In this document: positions 20,136 through 30,172 of the stretch, piece by piece | Position numbering within the stretch: the first letter of the stretch is position 1 | How the letters are laid out: the number at the start of each line of letters is the position of its first letter | Assembly (NCBI GenBank): GCA_040235515.1 | Contig: JBECKX010000195.1 | Span: forward strand, 1 to 64,000 | Origin: Candidatus Zixiibacteriota bacterium | Lineage (GTDB): Bacteria > Zixibacteria > MSB-5A5 > CAIYYT01 | Reading direction: 5' to 3' | Length of the DNA stretch: 64,000 nucleotides | Notes under the pieces: model-generated | Database searches by the model: none | Told to the model about the DNA's origin: nothing | What the model saw: the letters and a program-made list of their open reading frames with translations, nothing else | Made by a program: the position numbers and the translations under genes

Positions 20136-20336
20136 TCCTGTTGCTCCTTTCCGAGCTTTTACCGAGAAGACTATTGCGAGATGAAATTCGCGGCGAAAGT
20201 TGCATCGGTTGCGGCGGAATGAACCAATATCGCAGCCCTGTGATCGACATTGAGTGAGTCCCGCTTGACCTGCCTGCGCTTTCTTGTTCGGGGCAAACAA
20301 CTTGCCGCGATCTCCGTATTCAGTTATATTTTCGTC

Positions 20337-21322
20337 ATGACGCCACTAAACTTGAGAGATAAGCGTATGGTTTTTGCTGCCCCGCTGGCCGGGGTGTCAG
20401 ATTCCGCGTACCGTTCCATTGTTAAGGAAATGGGTGCAGATTACGCTTTTCCTGAGATGATCTCATCTGAGGGTCTCGTCCGCGACAATGGCCGGACCCA
20501 CGATATGATGCAAAAGTACGAGGGTGAAACCAACGTGGGTTGCCAACTCTTCGGCACCAATCCGGAAAGGCTCGCCGAAAGTGCTCAAGTTGTTGAGGAT
20601 CAAGGATTTGACTCGGTCGACCTGAATTGCGGCTGCCCCGTTCATAAGGTGGTTGACAAGAATGGTGGCGCCGCCCTGATGAAGAATCCTAAGTTGCTGG
20701 GAGAGATAGTCTCCACAGTCTCGAAGCGCATTTCGATTCCGTTTTCGATCAAGATTCGCTCGGGATGGGACAAGAAGAATCTCAATTACCTCGAGATTGG
20801 AAAGATCGCCGAAGATAACGGCGCAGCTTACATTACGATACACGCGCGTACCCAAACGGAGTTTTTCGCGCCGGAAGCCCACTGGGAACATATTGCCGAG
20901 ATGAAGCAACATCTTTCGATTCCGGTTGTTGGCAACGGTAACATCCATTCAGCCGAAGATGCCGTCAGGATGTTTGACGAAACCGGATGCGACGGCGTAA
21001 TGCTGGCGTCGGGTACACTCGGCAACCCATTCATCTTTCGGGAAACGAAGGCCCTGCTGGATACCGGTTTGGCACCAGATCCTCCCTCAACCGAGGAGCG
21101 GATCGAAGTCTGTCTTGATCATATCCGTCGTATCGTTGAAATCTTCGGTGAACATCGTGGGATCCCGCGTTCGCGCAAGCTGATTGGCTGGTATTATCGC
21201 CGCATCTCAGGGAAGAGAAAGATTCCGCAGGAAGTGTTCCAGGTAAACACCTACGCCGAAATTGAGCACTATTTCCGTGAGGGGCTCTTCCGGATCAATG
21301 AGAAGCTGCAGGACGATGCGGC

Positions 21323-21326
<4 letters not shown>
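20337..21326 (+). CDS. dusB: tRNA-dihydrouridine synthase (DusB-like)
   Basis: APLAG, QLFG, DLNCGCP, GGAALM, HART, VGNG; start chosen just downstream of TTGCCG-17-TATATT. Confidence 0.9.
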
Positions 21327-22108
<782 letters not shown>

Positions 22109-22163
22109 TGGCTGACAGACAATGGAAGTAGACCGGTGATAGAGAAGAGATGAAAGACAGGCG

Positions 22164-23342
22164 ATGAGAGTAGGTTATTTTGACTGCTTCTCCGGCGCGG
22201 CCGGAGATATGATCGTGGGAAGCATCATCTCCGCCGGCTGCTCGCCCCAAGCACTGCAGGGCCAGCTTGACAAGCTCAACGTGCCGGGACTCAAGTTGAT
22301 CGTCGAGGATCGACCGAAACATGGTTTGCATGGTCTGGGGGTCAAGTTTGTGGCTGACGGGGAAGAGAAAGCGCACCGTCATCTCAGCCAGATTGAGAAG
22401 ATTCTGGCGGACTCCAGCCTGGATGATCTCATTATCGCCAACGCTGTGGCGATTTTCCGTCGCATCGGCGTTGCGGAAGCCAGAATGCACAACATTCCAA
22501 TCGAGAAAGTCCACTTTCATGAAGTTGGCGCGATCGACGCAATAGGGGATATCGTCTGTGCGGTTGCCGGACTGCATGAGCTTGGAATCAAGAAGCTCTA
22601 CTCTTCTCCGCTGCTGCTGGGAAGTGGTATAACTTCGGCGGCTCATGGCAAACTGCCGCTGCCGGCGCCTGCGACCCTTGAGATTACCAGGGGCTTTCCG
22701 GTCAGACGGGTGGACTCCGGACACGAACTGACAACCCCGACCGGTGCCGCGATCATCACCGAGTTAGCCGAGCCGGCTACCGGATTCGATTTCGTGGTTG
22801 AACAGGTTGGCTATGGCGCCGGAACCGCAGAATTCGACGAACGCCCGAACATGCTCCGGCTAATCATCGGCAATGAGCCGCCGGGAATGCCGACAGATCA
22901 GGTAATCATTCTCGAAACAAACATCGATGACGCCACACCGGAACAGATCGGGCATTTGCAACAACGATTGATGGAGTCTGGAGCGCTCGATGTCTTTGTT
23001 ACATCGATCATGATGAAGAAGAACCGCCCGGCCCACAAACTCACAGTCATCGCATCTCAGCCCACAGCGGAGGAGCTTGCCCGCGTCATCCTGCGGGAAT
23101 CCTCCACCGCAGGAGTTCGCTGGAGAAGAGACTCGCGCTGGAAGCTGGAGTATTCCTTCAAGACGGTTGACACAGAGTTTGGAAAGATTAAAATTAAGTT
23201 CTACTCAGGCGGCGATATTCAAAAGTTTTCGCCCGAGTACGAGGATGTCGCTACTGCAGCTGCGGCGGCGAAGGTCCCATTTGTGAAAGTCTACAATTCA
23301 GCCGTCATGGCGGTCAATAAGCTTAAGGAGTCAGACGAGTGA
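22164..23342 (+). CDS. larC: Nickel-pincer cofactor nickel insertase LarC
   Basis: DCFSGAAGDM, VHFHEVGA.D, GKLP.PAPAT, ELTTPTGAA, ETNIDD, MKK.RP, PEYED. Confidence 0.93.
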   Translation: MRVGYFDCFSGAAGDMIVGSIISAGCSPQALQGQLDKLNVPGLKLIVEDRPKHGLHGLGVKFVADGEEKAHRHLSQIEKILADSSLDDLIIANAVAIFRRIGVAEARMHNIPIEKVHFHEVGAIDAIGDIVCAVAGLHELGIKKLYSSPLLLGSGITSAAHGKLPLPAPATLEITRGFPVRRVDSGHELTTPTGAAIITELAEPATGFDFVVEQVGYGAGTAEFDERPNMLRLIIGNEPPGMPTDQVIILETNIDDATPEQIGHLQQRLMESGALDVFVTSIMMKKNRPAHKLTVIASQPTAEELARVILRESSTAGVRWRRDSRWKLEYSFKTVDTEFGKIKIKFYSGGDIQKFSPEYEDVATAAAAAKVPFVKVYNSAVMAVNKLKESDE

Positions 23343-24322
23343 GCGATATCAAAGTAGTGGTCTTCGGACAGAAGCGTGGCAGCGAACTGCTCGGCGCAAC
23401 ACGCGAAGCATTCAATATTGGTCGTCAGCTGGCAGATAAACTGGGTGGACAGCTCGGCGCGCTGGTGATTGGCAGCAACACCGCAGATGCCGGCAAACAG
23501 GCGATCGCCGCCGGAGCCGATGTCTGTTTCACGGTTGAGGATGAATCGCTCGAGCAGTTTAAGGATGATGCCTACGCGACAATTTTCGCCGAGTTGATCA
23601 AGAGCAAATCCCCGCAGGTCGTCCTCGGTGTCGCCAACTTCTATGGTAAAGCCCTCGTTGGTCGCGTCGCCGGCATACTCGGCTACAGCCTGGCTTCTGA
23701 CTGCATCGGCCTTGATATCGTGGACGGCAACCTCGCTGCGACCCGTCCTGCTTATGGTGGCAAGGTCCATCAAACCGTGAAATTCAAATCTGATATTCAA
23801 ATTGCAACTATCAGACCGAAGATTTTCGCCGAGGCAACCCCGGATGATAGCCGTCAGGGTACGGTGGAAGCCTTTTCACCGGCATCACGCGAGAGCAAGC
23901 TGCAGGTGGAGACCGGTAAAGTCGAAACCAGCGGTGAGATTTCCCTGGCTGAGGCCGATATCGTCGTTGCCGGTGGTCGCGGTCTGAAAGAGCCGGAAAA
24001 CTTCAAGCATATCCGTGACCTCGCTGACGCCGTTGGTGGCGCGGTCGGGGCATCCCGTGCAGTGGTGGATGCCGGCTGGATTCCCTACAAACATCAGGTT
24101 GGTCAGACCGGACGCACGGTCAACCCAAAGCTGTATTTTGCCATCGGGATTTCGGGCGCGATTCAGCACCTGGTGGGAATGCAGTCATCCGGAACCATCG
24201 TTGCGGTGAATCGTGATGCCGATGCGCCGATTTTCAATGTCGCTACCTACGGGATCGTAGGTGACCTCTTCGAGATAGTCCCGGCGCTCACTGAGAAGTT
24301 TCGCAGTGAATTAAGGAATTAG
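23339..24322 (+). CDS. etfA: Electron transfer flavoprotein alpha subunit
   Basis: ADIVVAGGRG, GASRAVVDAGW, QVGQTG, GISGAIQHLVG, VN.D.DAPIF. Confidence 0.93.
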   Translation: MSDIKVVVFGQKRGSELLGATREAFNIGRQLADKLGGQLGALVIGSNTADAGKQAIAAGADVCFTVEDESLEQFKDDAYATIFAELIKSKSPQVVLGVANFYGKALVGRVAGILGYSLASDCIGLDIVDGNLAATRPAYGGKVHQTVKFKSDIQIATIRPKIFAEATPDDSRQGTVEAFSPASRESKLQVETGKVETSGEISLAEADIVVAGGRGLKEPENFKHIRDLADAVGGAVGASRAVVDAGWIPYKHQVGQTGRTVNPKLYFAIGISGAIQHLVGMQSSGTIVAVNRDADAPIFNVATYGIVGDLFEIVPALTEKFRSELRN

Positions 24323-24345
24323 AGTCTGCTGTCGATGGACTTAGC

Positions 24346-25305
24346 GTGACAGATAGATATGCGGCGGTAGACATTGGCTCCAATTCGTGCCTGCTTCTGA
24401 TTGTCGAGAAGAAATCGGCATCGGAGGCTCACGTTGTCCTCGATACCAAAATCTCTACGCGCGTTTCGGCGAACGTTACCCAGCAGGGCGCGATCGGCAA
24501 AGAGAACCAGGAATCCCTCTTCGCAGCGTTGAGCGAACTCCAGAACAAGCTTGAAGAACACGCGGTCGACAACGTCTATGCCGTCGGGACCCAGGTCTTT
24601 CGTGCGGCTGATAACGGCGATAAGGTCGCCGATCAAATCCGCGAACAATTCGGCTGGACGCTGGAAGTGATCTCCGGAGAAGAAGAAGCGCGCCTTTCCT
24701 ATATGGCGGCTGGTGGGGGATTGGACCGGGTCGTGTCGAAACGGGTGGTGGCGGATGTCGGTGGTGGCTCGACGGAGATCGTGGTAGGTGAAGGCGCCAC
24801 CACGAGTTTTCTGCACAGCTTTCCAGTCGGCGCCGTCAGCCTGACCGAGCTGTTCGGGCTTGATCAGCCGGTAACCGACTTCGATCTGGCACGCGCGGAT
24901 GGATATCTCTCGGCGCTCCTGATGGGGGAAGAACCCGGCTTGCCAGATCTCCATGGCTCGCGCTCGTATGAGTTGATCGTTACGGGGGGGACGATCGCAA
25001 CCATGGCCGGCGCGTTCCATCGGCTAACAAGCTTCGACCCGGTCAAGATTCACGGCACACGCCTCTCTGCCGATTGGGTTGAGGCAACAACCGAGGCAAT
25101 GATGACTGAGAATGCGGAAGCTCGCCGCAGGCGCATCCCTTTCGATCCTGAGCGTGCCGAGATCATTCTGGCTGGAACTCTGCTCGTGCGCTGGTTGTTA
25201 AACTGGAGTACAAAGAAATCGGTTATCGTTTCAAATCGCGGGCTTCGCTGGGGTATCGTGCAGCAGAAATTCGACGATTTGAAGGACATTGAGATTAAAC
25301 GTTAA
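24346..25305 (+). CDS. Ppx/GppA family phosphatase
   Basis: AAVDIGSNS, ISGEEEA, DVGGGSTE, TGGT, RAEIILAG, GLRWG. Confidence 0.9.
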   Translation: MTDRYAAVDIGSNSCLLLIVEKKSASEAHVVLDTKISTRVSANVTQQGAIGKENQESLFAALSELQNKLEEHAVDNVYAVGTQVFRAADNGDKVADQIREQFGWTLEVISGEEEARLSYMAAGGGLDRVVSKRVVADVGGGSTEIVVGEGATTSFLHSFPVGAVSLTELFGLDQPVTDFDLARADGYLSALLMGEEPGLPDLHGSRSYELIVTGGTIATMAGAFHRLTSFDPVKIHGTRLSADWVEATTEAMMTENAEARRRRIPFDPERAEIILAGTLLVRWLLNWSTKKSVIVSNRGLRWGIVQQKFDDLKDIEIKR

Positions 25306-25413
25306 CCCGGTTTACTCGTTCTAAAAGCTGAAGACGAGATATCTACTGATATTCCTCGCTGTCACTCGGAAACTCCAAACCCGCTCCACGCAACAAACGC
25401 TCGGATAGCTTGG

Positions 25414-25449
25414 TGGAGAATTCACTGGAGCATTCACTGGAGCATTCAA
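25414..25449. repeat. 3 x 12-bp tandem direct repeat
   Basis: TGGAGAATTCAC TGGAGCATTCAC TGGAGCATTCAA. Confidence 0.85.
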
Positions 25450-25681
25450 TATAGCCATAACCGCCAATGAACATGCTGTATCCTGTCTCGGCGACGCTAC
25501 CGGCGATTGAGAAAAATCTTGACCTGACGCGATAAATTGGCGAAATACCAGCACCGAGAGAATGCAGATAATTGACTGCAAACAACTTATAAGGAACGCC
25601 GGGTTTCGGCACATTGCCTGGCGTGGCGCTCCTGCATGGCTAGCGAGCGTGCGGCCATACGCACCTACAGCGAGAAATTGA

Positions 25682-28186
25682 ATGAAAAGAGTAATCCTTG
25701 TTCTGATCCTCACTCTCTTCCTGGCAGCTCCTCTGTTCGGGTGGATAACGTACATTCTTGAAGATCCAAAAGATGAATTACTTGAGAATAACGCGACCGA
25801 CTTCGTGTATGACGGAGTCTATGTCTGGGTTGCTACCGGCGCGGGTATCTCGGGCACTTCAGATGGTGGAACAACCTGGCGTTCGTATGATGAAACCAAC
25901 GGATTGCCCGATAACCAGATATCGGCGCTCGCGCGAGTCGGGGACGAGTTGTGGGCTGCCATGGTTAACTCAACGGCAATTCAGACCGGGGCAGGACTCT
26001 TTTATACTGCAAATCGAGGAGATGACTGGATCGAAATCCCGAATATTCGTTTCACCGGTCAGGGCCGTATCGCCTACGATATCTCTGTTTACGATTCGCT
26101 GATCGTTGTCCCCACCTTTCTGAGCGGGTTAGCCTACACCACTGACATGGGCAATTCGTGGAACAATATTTTGATCGATGCTGAAGTCGCGGCTGATTTT
26201 GCAGACGACAGTCTTGCGAACGATGTTCCGAACGGTGAATCTGATCCGGCGGGCTTCAGGGGCAGATACTTCTCCAGCACGATTGATCCGTATCATGATG
26301 ACACCCTGATAGTCTGGGCCGGCAGCGCAGGCGGAGTCCAGCGCATCTATTACATCGGTCGCTCAAAGAAACTGGCCTCCAATCGTATCTTCGACATTGC
26401 CAACGGCGGTGATTCGCGCTGGTGGATCGCTACAGATATGGGGATCTCCGTCTTTGTCGATACAAGCTTCATCTTCAACACCTATTTCGAAGATAACGGA
26501 CTCCCCGGTGATGTCTTCACCGCGATCGGAGCCAAGGGTGATACCGGCGTCGCAGGAATGTATGATGACGTCACTGAAACGAGCCAGGGTTTTGTCCTCT
26601 CTACCGATGGTGGCTTGACCTGGAGCCAGTCGCAGCCGACTCAAGCGACCGGCGCAGGCAAGAAGATCGAGGAGGTTGAATTCTGGGGTGATGATATCTG
26701 GGCCGCCTGCGATCAGGGTGGTCTGATCCGTTCAACCAACCTGGGTTCAACCTGGGAGACAATCTACCCGCCCAATGGCGCTTCTCTTCCTGAAGTGATG
26801 ACAAGGATTCACTCGATCGATATCGCCAGCCGCGACGAATTCGTGCGCGTTTCCATCGGTACCGATTCGGGAGTCGTCGCACTCTACTACAGCGATCCGG
26901 CGACACTTGATTCCACGGTTCATCTACCGCTGTTCGACAATGCCACCTGGGGGCAGAAGGTTGTCTCGGTGACTTCCGGCGTGACCGCAACCGCCGATGA
27001 GTTCTGGCTCGCCGTGCATCCTTACAAGCAGGATGTTGGTTCCAATCCCGCGGTCTTGCGCAGCACCAACCGTGGAGCGTTCTGGGAACACTACCTCGTT
27101 GGTCCCCCGGCGATCACCCCGTACGACATCGAGTTCAGCCAGGCATTTAACGATACCGGTTCGGCCATCTGGGTAGCCACCAACGATGGCGCACGCCGCA
27201 CCAGGAATGGTGGAGTCAACTTCGACGTATTTAGCGGCTATGGCGATGCGGTTTCCAACCGGGCGCTGGAATATTGTGTAGAAGTTGACAGCGGTAAGGC
27301 GTTCTTCGGCACGGACGATCTCGGAATGGCTGCTACCGGCAACTATGGGCTCAGCTTTGTGTCGTTCCGGGCACAAAATGATCCTGCCCAGTTCGATTTT
27401 GTGGGGCGTTCCTACTACGGGCAAACCCTTCCGGATGACGTGCAGGGGATAGAAGCAAACTTCATCGTCGCGCTCGAGGCGCAGCGTACCGGCGACAGCA
27501 CCGTAATCTACGCCGGCGGACTCTCCACCGGTGCGGGGCAGAGGCAGGGTGTCTACACGACCAGCGACCGCGGGCTCAACTGGCAATTGTCGCTCCCTGA
27601 TGTTGAAGCTTACAATTTTTCGTTTAACGGAGACTCCGCTTTTGCCGCCACCTTCTCCGGGCTGTTTATGAGCACCGATGTGGGAGTGTCATGGGAAAAG
27701 CTGCAAATTGTCGATCAGGTCAGCGGACGCTTTATTCATGACTCAACCTACGTCAACGGCGTGGATGTTATCGGGAATGAAGTCTGGGTCGGTACCGACG
27801 ACGGTATTGCACACTCAGGGTTGAATGATCTTGAGGATTGGACCATTCTTCGGTCGTTTTTCGCGATTGAACAGGACGCCGATGGTGATGACCAAACTTA
27901 CGCATCCCCCAGTCCATTCTCGCCACAACAGCAGAGCCAGTTGAAATTTCACTACAGGCTCAAGAACGCCGGGGATGTGACCATCAAAATCTACGACTTC
28001 GCCAATAACCTCGTCAAGATCGTCCGGGATGGAGTGCCGCGCGAGGCAAATGTTCAGTATGACGACATTGATGTCTGGGATGGTCGCAACGGTGACAACG
28101 TTATTGTGGCGGCAGGTATTTACTTCTACCACATAGAGTCAACCGGTGGTGACGATATCTGGGGAAAGTTCATGGTGATACCGTAA
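25682..28186 (+). CDS. Secreted Asp-box beta-propeller protein with FlgD-Ig/T9SS-type CTD (PorZ-like architecture)
   Basis: Signal peptide; about ten [ST]x[DN]xGxx[WF] Asp-boxes; NGLP..N repeats; C-terminus YASPSPFSP...IKIYD...WDGRN...AAGIYFY...GKFMVIP. Confidence 0.8.
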   Translation: MKRVILVLILTLFLAAPLFGWITYILEDPKDELLENNATDFVYDGVYVWVATGAGISGTSDGGTTWRSYDETNGLPDNQISALARVGDELWAAMVNSTAIQTGAGLFYTANRGDDWIEIPNIRFTGQGRIAYDISVYDSLIVVPTFLSGLAYTTDMGNSWNNILIDAEVAADFADDSLANDVPNGESDPAGFRGRYFSSTIDPYHDDTLIVWAGSAGGVQRIYYIGRSKKLASNRIFDIANGGDSRWWIATDMGISVFVDTSFIFNTYFEDNGLPGDVFTAIGAKGDTGVAGMYDDVTETSQGFVLSTDGGLTWSQSQPTQATGAGKKIEEVEFWGDDIWAACDQGGLIRSTNLGSTWETIYPPNGASLPEVMTRIHSIDIASRDEFVRVSIGTDSGVVALYYSDPATLDSTVHLPLFDNATWGQKVVSVTSGVTATADEFWLAVHPYKQDVGSNPAVLRSTNRGAFWEHYLVGPPAITPYDIEFSQAFNDTGSAIWVATNDGARRTRNGGVNFDVFSGYGDAVSNRALEYCVEVDSGKAFFGTDDLGMAATGNYGLSFVSFRAQNDPAQFDFVGRSYYGQTLPDDVQGIEANFIVALEAQRTGDSTVIYAGGLSTGAGQRQGVYTTSDRGLNWQLSLPDVEAYNFSFNGDSAFAATFSGLFMSTDVGVSWEKLQIVDQVSGRFIHDSTYVNGVDVIGNEVWVGTDDGIAHSGLNDLEDWTILRSFFAIEQDADGDDQTYASPSPFSPQQQSQLKFHYRLKNAGDVTIKIYDFANNLVKIVRDGVPREANVQYDDIDVWDGRNGDNVIVAAGIYFYHIESTGGDDIWGKFMVIP

Positions 28187-28187
28187 G

Positions 28188-29162
28188 ATGAAAAAAATAA
28201 TCTCAGCATTATCTGCCGTTGCGGCAATCACGATCCTTTCGGTACCCACTTTTGCACAGGAAGAGATCGGCGGCTACGCGGGAACTCCGCTGGAAATCAA
28301 ACTCAGCCCGCGTGCGACCGGAATGGGCGGCGCCTACACGGCGGTATCGGATGACATCTATGGCCTCTTCGTCAATCCCGGCGCTGCGGCTCAAATGCAA
28401 AATATCACATTCGGCGCGGCCTACCGCGACATGTCACTCGGCCGCTCGATGCAGCAGATCGCGGCCCTCTTCCCGGTGCGGGGAGAAGCTGCCCTCGGCA
28501 TTACCGCGCAGTTGGCCACCGTCAAGGATGTGCTCGGTCGCACGACCCGGGGTGAACCAACGGAGAATCTCGACAACCTCGACATGGCGGCTTCGATCAT
28601 CTTCTCTCGCAGATTCAGTCGTTTCCTGACAATCGGCGGCGACGCGCGCTACTACTATAAGAAGCTCGCGGCTGCCTCCGCTTATTCTGCAGGGTTCGAC
28701 TTCGGTGCCATGCTCCATCTCGATACGACATCGGTGATCAAACCGGAAAGCCCGCTTGATTTAGTAAGACTAGCATTTGTTGTGAGAAATATCGAGGCCA
28801 AGTACCCCTGGAGTACGGGAGATTATTGGAATGAGCAGGGGATGCTGGGCAGCGACGTGACCGAAAAAGTACCGGTCATCGTCAAGGTAGGCGGGTCGGT
28901 GCTGGCGCTGGACCGCAAACTACTGATCGCGGTTGATGGCGAATATCATGAAGAACTATCCGCCGGGCTTTACGCCGGCGTTGAGTACAGAGTCGTGCCA
29001 AGTTTGGCGTTGCGTGGCGGCATGGCGAGAGGCGAGCCGGCTTTCGGTGCCGGATTCATGTCAGATCTCGGAAGCCTGAAACTTCAGATCGATTTGGCGG
29101 TTGAACAAGAGAGAAACTTAGGCGGCTGGGAGACGATAGTCGGACTTATCGTCAGCCGTTAG
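28188..29162 (+). CDS. PorV/PorQ (UPF0164)-family protein
   Basis: Signal peptide; SPRATGMGGAYTAVSDD...FVNPG; VRNI; GVEY...LALRGG. Confidence 0.85.
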   Translation: MKKIISALSAVAAITILSVPTFAQEEIGGYAGTPLEIKLSPRATGMGGAYTAVSDDIYGLFVNPGAAAQMQNITFGAAYRDMSLGRSMQQIAALFPVRGEAALGITAQLATVKDVLGRTTRGEPTENLDNLDMAASIIFSRRFSRFLTIGGDARYYYKKLAAASAYSAGFDFGAMLHLDTTSVIKPESPLDLVRLAFVVRNIEAKYPWSTGDYWNEQGMLGSDVTEKVPVIVKVGGSVLALDRKLLIAVDGEYHEELSAGLYAGVEYRVVPSLALRGGMARGEPAFGAGFMSDLGSLKLQIDLAVEQERNLGGWETIVGLIVSR

Positions 29163-29192
29163 TCACGCGATTCTGATTTACACAGGCGTTAG

Positions 29193-30098
29193 GTGATGAC
29201 AAAAAAACTGACTGGAATGGCGGTGTCGGCCGCAGTTATCCTCATGCTGCTCTCAGTTCCCGCAGCAGCAAAGGACCCTGCGCTGATCGGATTTAATTTC
29301 CTCAAGTCTTCGATGAGCACCCGGCACGCTGCCATGGGTGGCGCCGGAATCGCGTTGGCAGACAACCTTTACGGCAGCCAGTTGAACCCGGCGGCGATCG
29401 CCGAGATAGAAGCTACCACTGCAGGGTTTGTGCACCAGGAAGGGATCTTCGACACGCGCCGCGAATTTGTCGGGTTCTCGACGCCCGCTTTTGGTGGCGG
29501 GCTGGCACTGGGGCTCGACTATTTCAAGATCGCCGATATTGAGGGACGCACCGGTCCGACCGAGGAGCCGTCAACCCTCTTCGATTCACAAGACATAGCG
29601 GTTTTTGCATCATATGCTCTGGCGTTGAACGAAAAGCTGCGTGCCGGCGCAACTGCACGCTACGCCGCTGAAAAGATAGGCGATCAGACGGCGGATGCCT
29701 TCCTCATGGACGCGGGTGTGCAGTTTCAGGCGACACCAATCTTCAGCCTGGGCGCCGCTGTCCGTAACCTCGGTAGCAAACCGAAATTCTTCAACGATGA
29801 AATCGACCTTCCTGTAACCTTCTCCGGTGGCATCGCCGCGCATTTCTCGCAGACCACGCTCAGCGCGGATGTCGCCCTGCCGAAGGAATCTGATACCCGC
29901 TTCAACCTCGGTGCAGAACGGACCTTCGGTGACTTCCTCGCACTGCGCGCCGGCTACAAGGCCGGTTATGATGAGGAAGACCTTGCTTTTGGAGTCGGAT
30001 TTATGCAATCTGTCTGGCAAGTTGACTACGCGTTTGTGCCGTATGGCTCAGATTTGGGTGACGTTCATCGTTTCGCCCTCACCGTAGCCATCAGATAG
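29193..30098 (+). CDS. PorV/PorQ (UPF0164)-family protein
   Basis: FL....STRHAAMGGA......NPAA; VRNLG; LALRAGY; DYAFVPY..LG.VHRF. Confidence 0.88.
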   Translation: MMTKKLTGMAVSAAVILMLLSVPAAAKDPALIGFNFLKSSMSTRHAAMGGAGIALADNLYGSQLNPAAIAEIEATTAGFVHQEGIFDTRREFVGFSTPAFGGGLALGLDYFKIADIEGRTGPTEEPSTLFDSQDIAVFASYALALNEKLRAGATARYAAEKIGDQTADAFLMDAGVQFQATPIFSLGAAVRNLGSKPKFFNDEIDLPVTFSGGIAAHFSQTTLSADVALPKESDTRFNLGAERTFGDFLALRAGYKAGYDEEDLAFGVGFMQSVWQVDYAFVPYGSDLGDVHRFALTVAIR

Positions 30099-30172
30099 AG
30101 AAGCTGAATCGACCATTTGACTGCCCCGCGGCAGTGGACTCAAAAAAGCTAAGGAACTGAGAAGGAATTAAG

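Noticed and set aside
25414..25449. CRISPR array
   Set aside because: 12-bp units with no spacers, and no cas genes in the window
25607..25622. Third sigma54 promoter
   Set aside because: GG-N10 is followed by GG, not GC; not called as a feature
25321..25755. Minus-strand ORFs 25321..25755 and 25343..25612
   Set aside because: No recognisable motifs; one overlaps the start of the 25682 gene; the region looks regulatory
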